Part shown: positions 25,482 to 38,109 of the stretch, in pieces
Layout: each line of letters opens with the position of its first letter
How positions within the stretch are numbered: the first letter of the stretch is position 1
Origin: Camelus ferus
Taxonomy: Eukaryota
Length of the DNA: 64,000 nucleotides
Reading direction: 5' to 3'
Assembly: GCF_009834535.1 (NCBI RefSeq)
Contig: NC_045696.1
Coordinates: 109,122,001 to 109,186,000, forward strand
Translations under genes and position numbers: made by a program
Notes under the pieces: model-generated
The model's input: only the letters and a program-made list of their open reading frames with translations
What the model was told of the DNA's origin: nothing
Databases searched by the model: none

Positions 25482-25845
25482 GGTACGAGGGCACTTTTGT
25501 GGGGATGAAATGCTCTATATCTTGATTTTGGTGGTGGTTACACATTTGTGTACATTTGTCAACATGCGTCGAACTAGAGTTTAAATGGCAGAAATTCCCA
25601 AAACCAATGAAGAAAACAAAACTGCAAACAAACCAGCCAACAACTTCCAGTGACTTGCTTTCTACATTAATCGACTAAAGACAGTCCTTTAGCTGTCCAG
25701 AGATTTCACCCATGCCCTCTCCAGAAGCCTCCCAGAACATCCTCCTTTGTATTCACTATCCAATATCTATTTATTGGCATTATCCAAAGAGTTGGAGATA
25801 ACAAAGATTTTTTCAAACACAAATTCTGCTCTCAAAGATTAAATA

Positions 25846-26146
25846 CAGTTGCCCCTTGGTATCCGTGGGGGACTGGTATCCTGGGATACCAAAATCTGAG
25901 GATGCTCAAGTCTTTATATAAAATGGCATAGTATTTGCACATAAGCTACAAACATCCTCATGTCCTTTAAACCATGTCTAGATTACTTACACAATGTAGA
26001 TGACTAATACAATGTAAATGCTGTGTAAATAGTTGCAAATTCAAACTTTGCTTTTTGGAAACTTATGGAATTTTTTTCTGAATTTTTTCGTTACGAATTT
26101 GGCTGACTCTACAGACTCAGAACCTGCAGGTAAGGAGGGCTGATTG
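25846..26146 (+). mobile_element. MER2/MER2B (TcMar-Tigger)
   Basis: cagttgccccttggtatccgtggggg...ggagggctgattg, flanked by TA on both sides. Confidence 0.85.
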
Positions 26147-26166
26147 TAGCCTAGTACCCTCCTTAC

Positions 26167-26371
26167 CTGCGTGCTGTCTGATACAGTAGACTTTAGCTGT
26201 AAGTGGCTACTGAAACTACATCAATGAAAATTAAATGAGACTAAAACTTTAGCCCCTCGTTCACACTAGCCACATTGCAAGTGCTCAGTAGCCACCTGTG
26301 GCGAGTGCCGGTCATATTGGACAGCAGGGGACATTTCTGCCATCGCGGAGAGTTCTGCTGGCTAGCTCCTG
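26167..26371 (-). mobile_element. MER3 (hAT-Charlie)
   Basis: ctagccacattgcaagtgctcagtagccac...tattggacagc...ccatcgcggagagttct. Confidence 0.8.
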
Positions 26372-28239
26372 GCGTGGGGACAGGCAGTGGGAGATAGACG
26401 TAAATCAGATAGTTCCACATTTCTCCAGCTTTTAAATACTTGTCAACACCTCAGTCTTTTGTATTCAATCACCTACAAACCAGAAGCAGCCCCTAGCCAG
26501 GCCAGTAGATGCAGTGGAGTTTGGGGGTTCTGTTTACATGGGGAACAACAGGCAACCCCTGGAAAGTCAAACACGAGCTCAGCTTCCCTTCCTGCAATAC
26601 TGCTGGGAAGATCCTACTCAGTATTTGTCCATTAGTTACTCAGGTATTTGTTGCTCCGAGTACCCCAGGTGAGAGCACCAGACCAGAGGTCCTCAGCCCA
26701 CCCTTCCCAGCAGCGTGAGGAACGCGATGCCTACCCCTCGGCTTCAGCGACTTGGGATGTGAGATTTGGGGAGGGGCAGATCAGTGCCTCCCACGATAAA
26801 TGTAATTTGCTGCCCCCCTCCACCCAGGGATTTGGAAACCGTCTCTCCCGTCTTTCCTGATGAGAATAACTTGTATATTTTAATCCCCTACCTGATACGA
26901 ATTACCTTGGCAGCATGTCTACATGTCAAGGAGTTGCCAGTCTTTGCTTAAACACCTCCCATGATTCTGTCATTTCAGAAGCATTCTTCCCTCGATGGAG
27001 CCAGATGGGAAGTGACCATGGACACTCCTCCCATTGATTCCGGCTCCCTGATTCCTCCTCCTTTTGGAAGTCCTTCAGTCTGTAAAGAGGACTCCAGGTT
27101 CCCCACCCAGAGCCTCAGCCTCTTCTGCCCAGTAAGCCCTGACCACCAGCATCTCTGTGCGCTCTGAGCAGGAGACCTGGCACAGCCTGTCCCCGCACAC
27201 TTTGTAACAGGAGTGCTTGTAATGCATGCTCATGGTGGCCCCAAAGAATCACTGGCCTGGAGCCCCACTTGAAGTCTTCCATTATAGGTAGCATCAACCA
27301 AAAACTCATTAAAAATTTACCTCTGTGTCAATGGTAAAACCACTGTTAAAGATGCAAGTCACGGGGTTCTCTGTAGAAATGCCACACAGGCTATTTTTTT
27401 TTTTTTTGAATTGCGCTGTATTTTTAAAAAATTTGTCCAAGAAATTGGTAAGTTTTCTCCTTTATGATGAGCGCTCTCTGGGTGTTTATTACTTGTTTAG
27501 CCTTTCTCATCAGGCTGCTCTGGAGCTCCCAGCCCACAGGACCCCTTGATTTTCCCTCCCTCGCAGTCACCCTTTTACCTGAGGCTGTGTCCTCGGTGAC
27601 ACCCACACTTCTGTGGCCCCGGCTGCTGCTGCTGCAGCTGTTTGGGAAATCTCAGGAGGCCTCAGTGAGAACGGGAAGGTGGAATCTATTTATGATCCCC
27701 TGGCCCTACTCCCTCCCACCTCCGCCTTCCTCCTCACTGCCCAGGAAGGGACACTGTGGGCCACAGGACTGGGACCCGCGTGATGGAGACAAAAAAGGCA
27801 AGTCAGGGAACATCAAAATCACATCCCAGATGTCTGAAATGTGGTATAAAAGGAATGGGAGTGGCTTGGCAGGTGGACCTTGTTGAATGAGTCTGTTAAA
27901 AAGAAAGCTGCCATCAAACATATTTTAATTATCTGTACTATTTCTGAGTGAATTCTCATTTCAGCCAGGAGGATGACTTTCCAAAGGGCTTCTCTCCTTC
28001 TTTTTAAATTTCACACCCTCGAGTCAGTAGAACCAGCCTGGCATGTAGCATCCCTCTGCTCTCCAAACCCAATGTAGCCCCCATTGCCCCCTCCCCAAGG
28101 ATACCCCTCCCCAAGGGTACCCATACAAAGAGCTGTAGCCTTTCCTTGGCGTCTCTCCCACCCTCTTACAACTGAACATCCCACGCTGAGACCCACCTCC
28201 AGGCAGCCCACCTGGCATTCTCAGCTGTCCCTGGAGGTA

Positions 28240-28545
28240 AGTGGTACCCATGCACGTACCTTGGGGGCCAGATGTGTTTCAGAATCCAGAACTTTTTGGA
28301 TTTTAAGAAGTTAAATAGTGCATATTACCTGTATTGTGTCAAACCCCAGGGGGGTGTGGGGCAGGACTCAATAGTCAAACATGTTAGTATTTATGCACCA
28401 GACATTCGTACTATGTGGGGTAAAGATGGCAAAGAGCTTCAGGTCAGTTCAGGTCATCCTGGGCTGCCAAATGGGTTTTTAGAAAACATTTAGTTTTCAG
28501 AGCTATTTTCCCTTTTGGAATTGTGGATAAATAGGATGTTAGTTC
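28240..28545. mobile_element. Tigger-derived MITE (MER46C-like)
   Basis: ccttgggggccagatgtgtttcagaa...ttttcagagct...ggaattgtggataa. Confidence 0.6.
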
Positions 28546-29239
28546 TGCTTGGCTTTTCCTTTCTTTTCTTTTTATTGCTTGAGTTACTTCCCAAATTAAT
28601 TTGCCATAAAGAGATTCCTCTTTCATTTGTGGGCAAAGTTTGCAAGGCAGTTAATAAACAGTGATGAAATCCTTGTGCTTTGCCCAAACTTACATGGAAG
28701 AAAAAATCTTTGTTTCACCTGGGCAAAACCCTTTCACAATGACCCAGCACCTGCCTGTCTGTCATCTTCTGTGGTCCCTAATTTGTCTTCGGGAAACCAA
28801 ACCATATGCCACCTTCCAGCCCAGCCCTTGCACCTGCACCATCCAGATGGCCACCTTTTCTTCAAAACCGCTTCACCCCCTCCTTTAATCCCTTCTGACG
28901 TCCAGAGCCAGTGCGTGTTAATCACAGATTATAGGGGTGGGGAGAGTCATCCTTGAGAGAAAGCCAATAGGGACTAATTATCCCAGGGCCACTCACAGAC
29001 TCCTCTTAAATACAATCAGTGTGGGATCACGGACAGCTCTTAATGAATTGAGAGAAAGTTCCTAGAGGACGCCCTCACACTCTAACCCACACTGCGTGCA
29101 AGTCTCCTCTGCCCACACTCGCTTGTCACAGAGCTTCCTCCTACTAAACCCACAGAATTCCCACACCCTCCCTCCCGCCTCCCGTAGCAGGTGGGGATAT
29201 TGCTGTAGAGAGAGGTAGACAAAGGGGATCACATTTCTG

Positions 29240-29344
29240 TTATTTTATTTTATTTCATTTTTTTGAAGTGTAGTCAGTTACAATGTGTCAGTTTCTGGTG
29301 TATAGCACAGTGCCCCAGTCGTGCATTTACATACATATATTCGT
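29240..29344 (-). mobile_element. Short young L1 3' tip
   Basis: T-tract followed by ttgaagtgtagtcagttacaatgtgtc (reverse complement of the L1 end); degenerate TSD 29225-29239 / 29345-29359. Confidence 0.8.
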
Positions 29345-30049
29345 GGGCTTACATTTTTGCTCTGTTTATAATTCATAAGTGGGCCACCTGGAAGGTCGTC
29401 CAGCCACTGTCACGGCCCCGGTCCGCGTTCTCAAGTGACCTCAGGCCTCTTCCCTTTCTCCTGGTCAGCTTGCTCTAATGTCCTGCTCCCACTGAACTCC
29501 ACTCGTCCCCTGCCTCTGAGCATGGCCGGCACTGCATTAACTCAGATCAGAACACAGACGCCTTTCTCAGATCATCTCCAAACACCTGTCGCGCCAGGCA
29601 CTGCTAGCAATACACCTTCCACTGGAGAGTCTGAGGATGGAATGGGGGCTACATTGCAGGCCCAGCCCCTAGGCAGCTTCAGGCAGACTATCTGACCTCC
29701 TGAAGGAGGCCTTGACCTCTCAGACCCAGCCCTGGGCTCTCCGCACACCCTCCTCATCTCCCTGCCCTCTCTCCACACTCCATCTCAAAATTCTGCTCAC
29801 TTGAATTTATTGCACAATTTCATTTTCTCTCCTGCAGTCTGGCCGAAACAGACCAGGTCTAACTGGGCCGAGGTCAAGCCGTGTGAGCCTGACCGCAGTG
29901 GCCACCAGCGGGCTTCTCTCAGCTGGGCACCTGCACCTGTGTCTGTGCTAAGATCTGGGGTTATGTGTGTGCCTGTGATCTGACCCTGAGGGCCTGGGGT
30001 ATCGGTGTTCCCTGGGATGTCTGAGCCCTCTGAGGGTTTTCCAGCTCTC

Positions 30050-31330
30050 ATAAGTCATAACTAACAAACGCTGAGCCCAGTCTCAGCCAGGCAATGTTCC
30101 ATGTACCTTACTGTGTAACGCTCACCACATTACCCTTATACTATCATCCCTGTTCGCAGACAGGAGATCTGAGATATGGAAAAGTTAAATAACATTATCA
30201 TGGACTCAGGTGTCTGGGGGTCTCTCAGTTTTGGGTCCCCTTACATATCTCTCCTTGTGTGTGTTACATAATCATGTGTGTCCATGTTTGTGTGTATGTG
30301 TGCGTGTGTTACAGCCCCAGAAACCCCATATCCTCATCCTGGCCCCTTGCTCACCTCAAAGTCGGTCTCTCCTGCCCTGGTCCTGGGAAGGTTTAGAGCC
30401 TGCAGTGATAGGTGTCAGTGTGTGGCCCAAAGACAGAGGAAGGGGTGCCTGAGCCTGTGTGCACAAGATTTAATCCAGGTAGCCCACCTGCGTTTTCAGC
30501 GGGAACAGAATCCCGTGTCCCATGAGCTCTGTAGCGGCAGCTAAGGGGAGAGGTCCTGCAAGTGGCCTGGGGCCCAGGCCCCTCTCTCTGGTGATGATGC
30601 CCAGATGCTGCCAGGCTCGATCTAGGAGAGAACAGGGGAGATGGGCTCCAGCTGCCATGCAGAGACATAGGCAGGACTTTCTGGAAGTGAAGGTCGACTG
30701 ATAAAGGACTGTTGCAGGGCACTGATCGCCTTTGGGGATTCTCTTTCCTCAGAGCGCAGGTGAGAAGCCGTCTCTCTCAGATGGCTGGAGCATTTCCCTG
30801 CCTTTGCTACTTACAGACACCATATGTAACCCTTGAAACAACTGGATAAGCATTTTGCAACTGTCCCCTAGTCACAGATGAAAATGTGCTTCTCAGATAG
30901 TTTAAGTTACCTGCTCAAGGTCACACAAATTGTGGCAGATCCAGAATGCAAGTCCAAGTCTTTCTGGCCCCAAAGCCTGGACTCCTTCCACTACATCAAA
31001 GTATCTGTGAACTACTTGATTTTCTTTGGGATCTCTCCAGTTCCTAGAGCATGGTACCACCTCACCATGAAGAGACTGCTATGTTCTGTGACCCTGGGGT
31101 GTTCTGGTTTAGAGGGGGGCAGTCAGCAGCCTCTGTCTAGGCCTGGACTATCCATTAAAAGAGCACAAGTCTCCCTTCCAGCCACTGCTATTGTTTATCC
31201 TTAGAAATTCGACACACTGATCTGAGTTTTATTAGAACCATTTTACAGTAAGAGGGACTGAGGCATTGCCCACAATCACCCATGATGGGTGTTATCTGGA
31301 AGATCCCTGGAAGCCAGCCTCCTGGAGCAG
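30050..31330 (-). mobile_element. Three MIR fragments (~30050-30205, ~30820-30998, ~31225-31330)
   Basis: Reverse-complement MIR core motifs (cagatgaaaa...ctcaaggtcacac; ccattttacag...actgaggc). Unique sequence lies between them. Confidence 0.6.
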
Positions 31331-31599
31331 AATATCTGGTCCTGAGCCTCTCCCTGACCGTGGGCTCTCACCCTTACACAGGTGTGACTGATGCTGGGGG
31401 AACCTCCACCAGCAGAATACCACAACTGCCATGTGGGGCCACCAGGGACCCATTCCTCCCCACTCCCATGCCTGAGAATGACTCCTAAGATAAATTCTGA
31501 TTCTCAGCGCAGCCCCCACCCCACCGCATACCCCACCCCAGGCCCTGCCTGACCTGACTCCTGCCCTTCCCCTTCACGCCCTCTCTCAGGCCACACTGT

Positions 31600-31910
31600 T
31601 TCTCAAAGCCTCCACTTCTGTGTCCCCTCTGCTTGGGATACTCTTCCCTGTGAACTTTCCATCCTTTCTGCCTCATCCTCAGTGTCTTGTCCTCAAGGAA
31701 GTCGTCCCTGGCCCCTCAGGTCCTGCCGAGACCTCTGTCAGAGGCATGCAGGACCCCCGGACTAGGTCCTGACTGCAGGCGGTCACCTGTGATTGTCTGG
31801 TGCCCTTCTCCCACCCTAGACCACAGGTGTGTGACAGCAGGGACCATCTGTGTCTCGCTCATCTCTGTCCCCAGCGGTAGCTGTTTATAGTAAATATTTG
31901 AAAGATGAGT
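31600..31910 (+). mobile_element. Degraded L2 3' end
   Basis: gcagggaccatctgtgtctcgctcatc...taaatatttg. Confidence 0.5.
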
Positions 31911-33139
31911 GTGGCCATGATGGAAGAAGGGAGGGAGGGCGGGCAGGAAGTAGAGGAAAGTTATCAGCCTCTGAAGCCCCACAGGTTCTGCCCTTCGGGG
32001 CCCTGATGCACACTAGCTCACTTTCCTGTCGAAATGTCATTTGCAAAACTATTCATTCCTCTGCGGTCACTTGGGGGAGGAAACTTATCAGGACAAGGCA
32101 GTAGAAGCAGCCATTCCCAGGAAGGTGGAGACCTCTGTCCTGTGGGTCCCTGACTCACCTTCCAGACACGTCAGTGACGTTGAACTCCCTCAAGGTGCTC
32201 ATCACTCACGGGGTGACGATGCTGGCCTACGATGACTCAGCCTGCGCTCCAGCCAGAGCTCCCGCCGGCTCCTGCGTCTGTGCCAGCTGGGCCCCCGGCC
32301 AGCCCCGCACCCACTGAGGTCTCCGTCTCCCCGTGGCTGACCTTCACCACCACGGTCTCAGTCACCAGGGGGCTTTATGCATTGTCCTTTCTCTCCTGCA
32401 CCAACGATGGGTTCACTTGTCACCTCTTTCTGGAAGGAGGAGAGTATAGCCTGGTGAGGAAGCAGCAAGAGAGGGGAAGGAACCAAATTAACTGCCTGCT
32501 CTGACGGTCCTGTTCCTTTTCCGCTTCTAGAAGCCGGGCCTTGTCCCCACTGGTGACCCTGACGGGGGCCCCGCCAGGCAAAGCCACCCTGCCCTGCCAC
32601 AGTATGGTCGCAGTGATGTCCCTTGCCCCGGGGAATGTTGGAAAAGCTGGGGGACGGTGTGAGGAAGGGCAGGATGAGGCAGCCCGTCTGAGGCACTGGC
32701 GGTGAAGCCCCGCTTGCTCCCAGCTGTGGCCGGACCGGCAGTGGCTGTGCACCCGGGCAGGCCTGCCCATTCAACCCCCAGCCTGCAGACAGGCCCCCAG
32801 CAGCTGGACCAGCTCCGTGGAGTTGGGCTGTGACCACAGGCCACATGTCAGGGAGGATGCTCAGAGCCTCACATCCCTGCCACTGGTGTTCTTGAGCCCT
32901 GGGCTCTCTGACTGGAAAAGGCATATAGAAACCCCCAGCTGGCACTTCCCAGAAGGCTACCTGCAGGCACCTGGCAGGAAAGGGCTCCGTGTCCTACCAG
33001 GGTGGGCTGCGGGCTGGGTGCAATGCAGGCCTTCCCAGGGTGCTCCTGAAGCCAGGAGTGGCTCACGAGCTTCCTGCCCCCAGAGCATCCCGAGGGGCTG
33101 CTGTACTTGGATAACATCTGCGGGCATGCTGATCTCTGC

Positions 33140-33236
33140 CCACCCTCTCATTTCACAAATGGGGAAACTGAGGCTGGCCTCATACTGGTGGTAAAAGGCT
33201 GAGCTGGACCTGAAAGTAGGGCTTCTGATTCCAAGT
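33140..33236 (-). mobile_element. MIR
   Basis: catttcacaaatggggaaactgaggct. Confidence 0.65.
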
Positions 33237-34112
33237 TCTACCTGAGAATTCCCTGAGAGGCGGCCTCTGTGTCCTCACCCTGGCCTGGCCTCCAGCACCA
33301 GGACCCGGCCCTGCTCAGAGGGGAATTGCAGTTGCCTGCCCCTCCCAGAGAGGGGGCTTGAGATGGGGGTTCTAGAAGGAAGAAGAGGGTGAAAGGGAGG
33401 CTTTGCCACAGAGGGAAGGTTGTTTTAGGCTCTTCTCTCCCCAAAGAGGTAAGCTGTCCCTCTGAAACCCTGAGCAGAGCTAGTCAAGCACATTCCGGAC
33501 CTCGAACTCTCAGCAGGACAGACAAGCACCTCGCACCTGGAGCGATTCATAACGAAGGGGGAGAGCGCAGGGGACAGAGAACGCATTATATGTGAAAAAA
33601 CGTTAGACTTCTTAAATATTCTTTCTTTGTCTCTTTTTATTAAATTTTTTTTCTTTTTTCCCTTGTCTTTGCTCTATATTTTGGAATTGCTTTTTAAGTC
33701 TTTGGTGAATAAGATAAATTAATGATGCTAAGCTGCATTGTTACAAATAAATTTGGGAGCAAGAGGCTTGAGCCTTGATAATCGAGGTATTTTCAGAGAA
33801 CCTCTTCATTTCTAAATTGACAGCTCTGCCCAGGAGAAGCTCCCAGCCCTGAAAGGGCAAGGCTCCAGCGCGCAGGCAGCAGCCAGCACCAAGGGGAATG
33901 GTTCCCGGCTATATTGTGTGTCTCGGTTTCCTTGCCTTTCCGCTGCCTTGCACCAAACTTCCTACTGTGGTTGATGCCCTGAGATTGCTGGGTCCCCAGT
34001 GCCTGGGCCAGAGTCCCCAGTGCCTGGCCCAAGGGCTGCAAGAGGTGGTGTGTGAGGAGAAACACTTCATAGAATTGCCTAAGGAAGGTGGAAATAAGAA
34101 ATGTAGACAAGA

Positions 34113-34234
34113 GGGGGAAGGGTATATCTCAGAGGTTGAGCGCATGCTTAGCACGCATGAGGTCTTGGGTTCAATCCCCAGCACCTCCATTAAATAATAA
34201 TAAGAAGAAAGAATAAGTTAATTTAAAAAATTTT
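34113..34234 (+). mobile_element. Vic-1-like SINE
   Basis: tRNA-Ala-like body plus A-rich tail; perfect TSD aaatgtagacaaga at 34099-34112 and 34235-34248. Confidence 0.93.
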
Positions 34235-34299
34235 AAATGTAGACAAGAAGAGAAGGGAATTAGCATTTGCTAAGTACCTATTAAATTATTTGGTGCTCT

Positions 34300-34900
34300 A
34301 TAGTTTACCAAGTGCCTTCCTACAATCAGTCTGTCTTTTCTCTCCTCCCCTAACCTCCCTCTCATTTTTCATAGCCCTTTTCACTTCGGAATACTAAGTT
34401 ATACATGCTTCTATTCATTTGCTTATTGTCTCCCCCAGTAGAATATAAATTCCATGATGACAGATTCTGTAGGTCTTATTCACTGTTGCTTTCCTAGCAT
34501 CTAGAATGGAGCCTGGCACATAGTAGTTTATAGTTTAATAAATATTTGTTCAATGATTGGATGAATAAAAATCATCATCATCATAACTGTTTTTGAAAGG
34601 AATTGTTATCCCCATAGTACGGATCAGTATGTTGAGGTCAGGGAGGTCATAACTTTGCCCAAGGTCAGACAGCTAGCAAGTCTGGAAACTGAACCTAGGT
34701 CTTCCAACTTCTTTCCATTATGCAGTAGCTGCCTTATGCATAAAAATTATTTCATTCAATCTGTACCATACCATTAACAAGAGAGATCCGCATTCTTAGA
34801 GCAAGGGGGTTCAGTCTCAGAGAAGGGAAGTCATGCTCAAAGTCACTCAGCAAGTAACTGTCAGAGCCCAGGTTTGAACCCAGCCCTTTCTGCCATCCTT
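34300..34900. mobile_element. L2 3' end (+, ~34300-34568) followed by two MIRs (-)
   Basis: gcctggcacatagtag...aataaatatttgttcaatga; cccaaggtcagacagctagcaag; cagagcccaggtttgaaccc. Confidence 0.75.
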
Positions 34901-35337
34901 CCCCACAAAGAAAGAGCTCGCAGTACAAAGACACATGGAGAGAAGCAAAGATAGATGATATCCAGCGGTATGACTGCCCTACACAGGGTCTGACGCTAGA
35001 GACCTGGCCAGCCCAGGCTGGGCTGGGAGAGCTCTGGGTTGGTGGGCAAGAACATACTGGAGGAACCTGGGACCTGAGGGAGCCCGGAGTCTCTTAGCGC
35101 AGCCTTCTTGTCCATGAAATGAAAGTTTCAACTAGGTGATAGCTAAAATCCCTTCTAGCTGTGAGGTGCTAAACAGTCTCCTTTGTGACCCTTGGACCTT
35201 ATCCAGAGGACTTGGGTACCAAATTCTCTCTTCCTCCGTTGTTCACATGTAGTGGCAGGAGTATTCTGGTCCAAAGTCTGACTCACTAGGGACATGGTGA
35301 GCTTGGATAGGCTAAGTCAGGGGCTGAGATTCCCAAC

Positions 35338-36490
35338 AGCCAAGATACGGAAACAGCTTAAATAACCACTGACAAATAAATGGATTTAAAGAATGTGGTA
35401 TAGTAGTTCAGTGGAATATTCTTTAGCCTTAAAAAAATGAAGGAAATCCTGCCATTTTCAACAAAACATAAATGGATGTGATGGTTAATTTTATGTGTCA
35501 ACTTGCCTAGCCTAAGGGGATGCCTAGCTGGCTGGTAAAACATTATTTCTGGATACATCTGTGAGGGTGTTTCTGGAAGAGATCAGCATTTGGTTCAGTA
35601 GACCGAGTAAAGAGACCCGGCCTCAGCAATGTGGGCAGGCATCATCCCATCCACTGAAGGTGCGATTGGAACAAAAAGGTGAAGGAAGAGCTAACATGCT
35701 GTCTCTTCTTGAGCTGAGACATCATCCAGCTTTTCCTGCCCTCGGATGTCAAAGCTCCTGGTTCTTGGACCTTTGGACTCCAGAACTGGTACCAATAGCC
35801 CCCCGGGGGGTTCTCAGCCCTTCAGACTTGAACTGAATTATGCCACCAGCTTTCCTGGCTCTCTACCTTGCAGATGGCAGATTGTGGGACTCCTCGACCT
35901 CCAGACTACAGGAGCCAACTCCCGAAATCAGGGTCCTCTTCCATGTATCCATATATATCCGGCCAGTTCTGTGTCTCTAGAGAGCCCAGTCTCATACAAT
36001 GGTCCCTGAGGTCATCATATTAAGTGGAAGAAGCCAAACACAGAAAAACAAACACTGTATAATCTCACTTACAGGTAGGATCTAAAATAGTCAGATTTAT
36101 AGATGCAGAGTCAAATGGTGGTTGCCAGGGGTTGTGGGGAGGGGGAAACGGGGAGGTGATGGTCAAAGGTATCAAGTTTCAGGGATATGTGATAAATAAG
36201 TTCTGGATATCCATGTGACAGCATCATGCCTGTAGCTAACAATACTGCACTGTAGACTTAAAAATTTTGTTAAGTGTTCTTACCACACACATAACAATCA
36301 TAACAATAATAACGACAATAATAAAGGAGGTGGGAGGAAACTTTGGGAGGTGATGGATATATCTAAGGCCTGATGGTGGCGATGGTTTCACAGGTGTCCA
36401 TTTATCCCCAAACTCACTGAGTTGTGTACATTAAATATGTATGACCTTTTACATGTCAATCATACTTCAATAAAGTGGTTTAAAAAAAAA
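35338..36490 (+). mobile_element. L1MA/L1MB-type 3' end, split by an MLT2 LTR
   Basis: agccaagatacggaaac...gaaatcctgccatttt; ggtggttgccagggg; caataaagtggttt followed by an A-tail. Confidence 0.88.
35477..35998 (+). mobile_element. MLT2B-like (ERVL) solo LTR
   Basis: tgtgatggttaattttatgtgtcaacttg...ataca; 5-bp TSD atgga/atggt. Confidence 0.9.
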
Positions 36491-36499
36491 TCAGGGACT

Positions 36500-37314
36500 T
36501 CCTCAATAATCACACTTCATCATTATTTATTGTGTTCAAGGCACTGGAAAACAACTCTGAAATGACCAGAGAGGCTCGTCTTCCTGGAGCTTACTTATGT
36601 GATCAGCTGCAAAATAAAATATTGCCCCAGAATAGAGTGATTCACAAACAGATGGCCTTAGTCAAGCCGCCACTATTCATGTCCATAAGAAAGTAAAAAA
36701 TTATATTATGTATGTATATAACTTTAAGAGTACAGTAGAAACTAAGCAAATAATTACAGCAAACGTGAAAAGAGATCCCATGAATTAATGGTATTTGATA
36801 CCTGGTATAAAGAAGATGATTTTGAATTTTCATTTTTAGATATGTCATACAGAACTTTAAAATGTTAAAATAGTTCATAGCACCAGCTACTTGATATTCA
36901 GTTAAACTGATGACTGCAAAAGGTAAGAAGAATAGGTAACTAACCCTTTCTTTTGTAAAGCATGTAAGATTAAAAGTGCCTAAAGTCTAAGCCTGACTAA
37001 AATTCTCTTAAAAGAATGTAACTAAGTTGCAAAAAATTTCATGTCTTAGCAGTCCTTTACAGTGGAAATTCTGAGTATTATTTGCTCTTAGATTTTTGCT
37101 ATTAAGACTAAATATAGATCAGAACTTATAGAGTTATGTTCTCTGGATCTTGCCAAGTTCCTTATTGGGCTTTGCTAATTCATGGATGTTGTCAATTGAA
37201 CAGAAACTATTTCCAAGAATAAAACATCAGTACTGTGTATTCATTAAAATGCCTGATTTATTTTCACTTAATAAAGTAGTTTAGTTATCAAAGCCAAAAA
37301 AAAAAAAAAAAGAC
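36500..37314 (+). pseudogene. Retroposed non-TE segment (processed 3'UTR fragment or orphan L1 transduction)
   Basis: AT-rich unique sequence; AATAAA 37270-37275; poly(A) 37296-37311; TSD aaatcagggact 36488-36499 / aaatcaggaact 37315-37326. Confidence 0.75.
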
Positions 37315-38109
37315 AAATCAGGAACTGAGAACTGAGAGGTGGGAATATGGAGTAGGGAGGATGAACGCTGAGGTGAGGGCAGGCAGGGATCACAGCAGGA
37401 AGGAAGCGGGTGCAGACAGGGGAGCTGAGGCCAGGCCAGAGGGGCCCTGGGTGGCCGAGAGTGGCCTCCTGCCCTCCTCAGGCCCCCTCCGTGTCCCTGC
37501 AGGTGGCTCACCCCTTCCTTTCCCTTTTTCTGTCACTGTCTCTTTATTACCCCACTGCACTGGACAGGATACGGAATACAGGACAAGGGAACAGATGCAG
37601 ACCTGAAGCTCATGATGCCTGCTGTGCTACGAGAAATAAACCATCTAAATCCATTTGTCTAAATCTCACTGTCCCCCCACCAGGCAAATCTGTGGATGTG
37701 TGGCAAGTCAGCTGGCTGAGGAACCACTTAACTGCTTGACATTACCTCTGAATGACCTCATGGTGCCTTTCTGTCTTGTCAACCCTTCAACCACTGTGTT
37801 AGCAATTCCCTGCATTACCTCCTCTCTGTCGAAACACCCAGTATGTTCTCCCTTTTCCCAGCTGCACCCTGACCGGCATACCTGGCCTGGACTCTACGTG
37901 GGCACAAAGGCTCAACCTACCCGCCTATCCCATGACATCAACCGAGTGCCAGCTACCTGTGCAGGCGGAGGGGCCAGTAAGGATGGGAGCCAGCATGAGC
38001 CCAAGCTCAGAAGCACACGGCGTAACTCCTCTTGCTGGACCTTCAGGGAGGTGGGTGAGCCCTAAGCAGACACACTCAAGGCTGGTGCCCTGCAGAGCAC
38101 TGTCAGGAA

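Larger units (their letters stand above)
18375..25590 (+). mobile_element. Near full-length ancient L1M (L1MD/ME-like), decayed, with nested insertions
   Basis: In order: 5' region, ORF1 remnants (~19.2-20.1 kb), ORF2 endonuclease/RT remnants (~20.4-23.7 kb, e.g. gatagaccatattctgggccataaaac, cagatgacatgattgt), 3'UTR to ~25.59 kb. Many stops and frameshifts. Confidence 0.9.

Noticed and set aside
27464..27585. Possible C/D box snoRNA (ATGATGA...CTGA)
   Set aside because: No convincing terminal stem or recognisable guide sequence. Similar C-box words at ~15650 and ~16215 also fail.
35338..37314. Old L1 plus downstream unique DNA as a single 3' transduction
   Set aside because: The TSD brackets only 36500-37314, so that segment inserted separately into the L1 tail.
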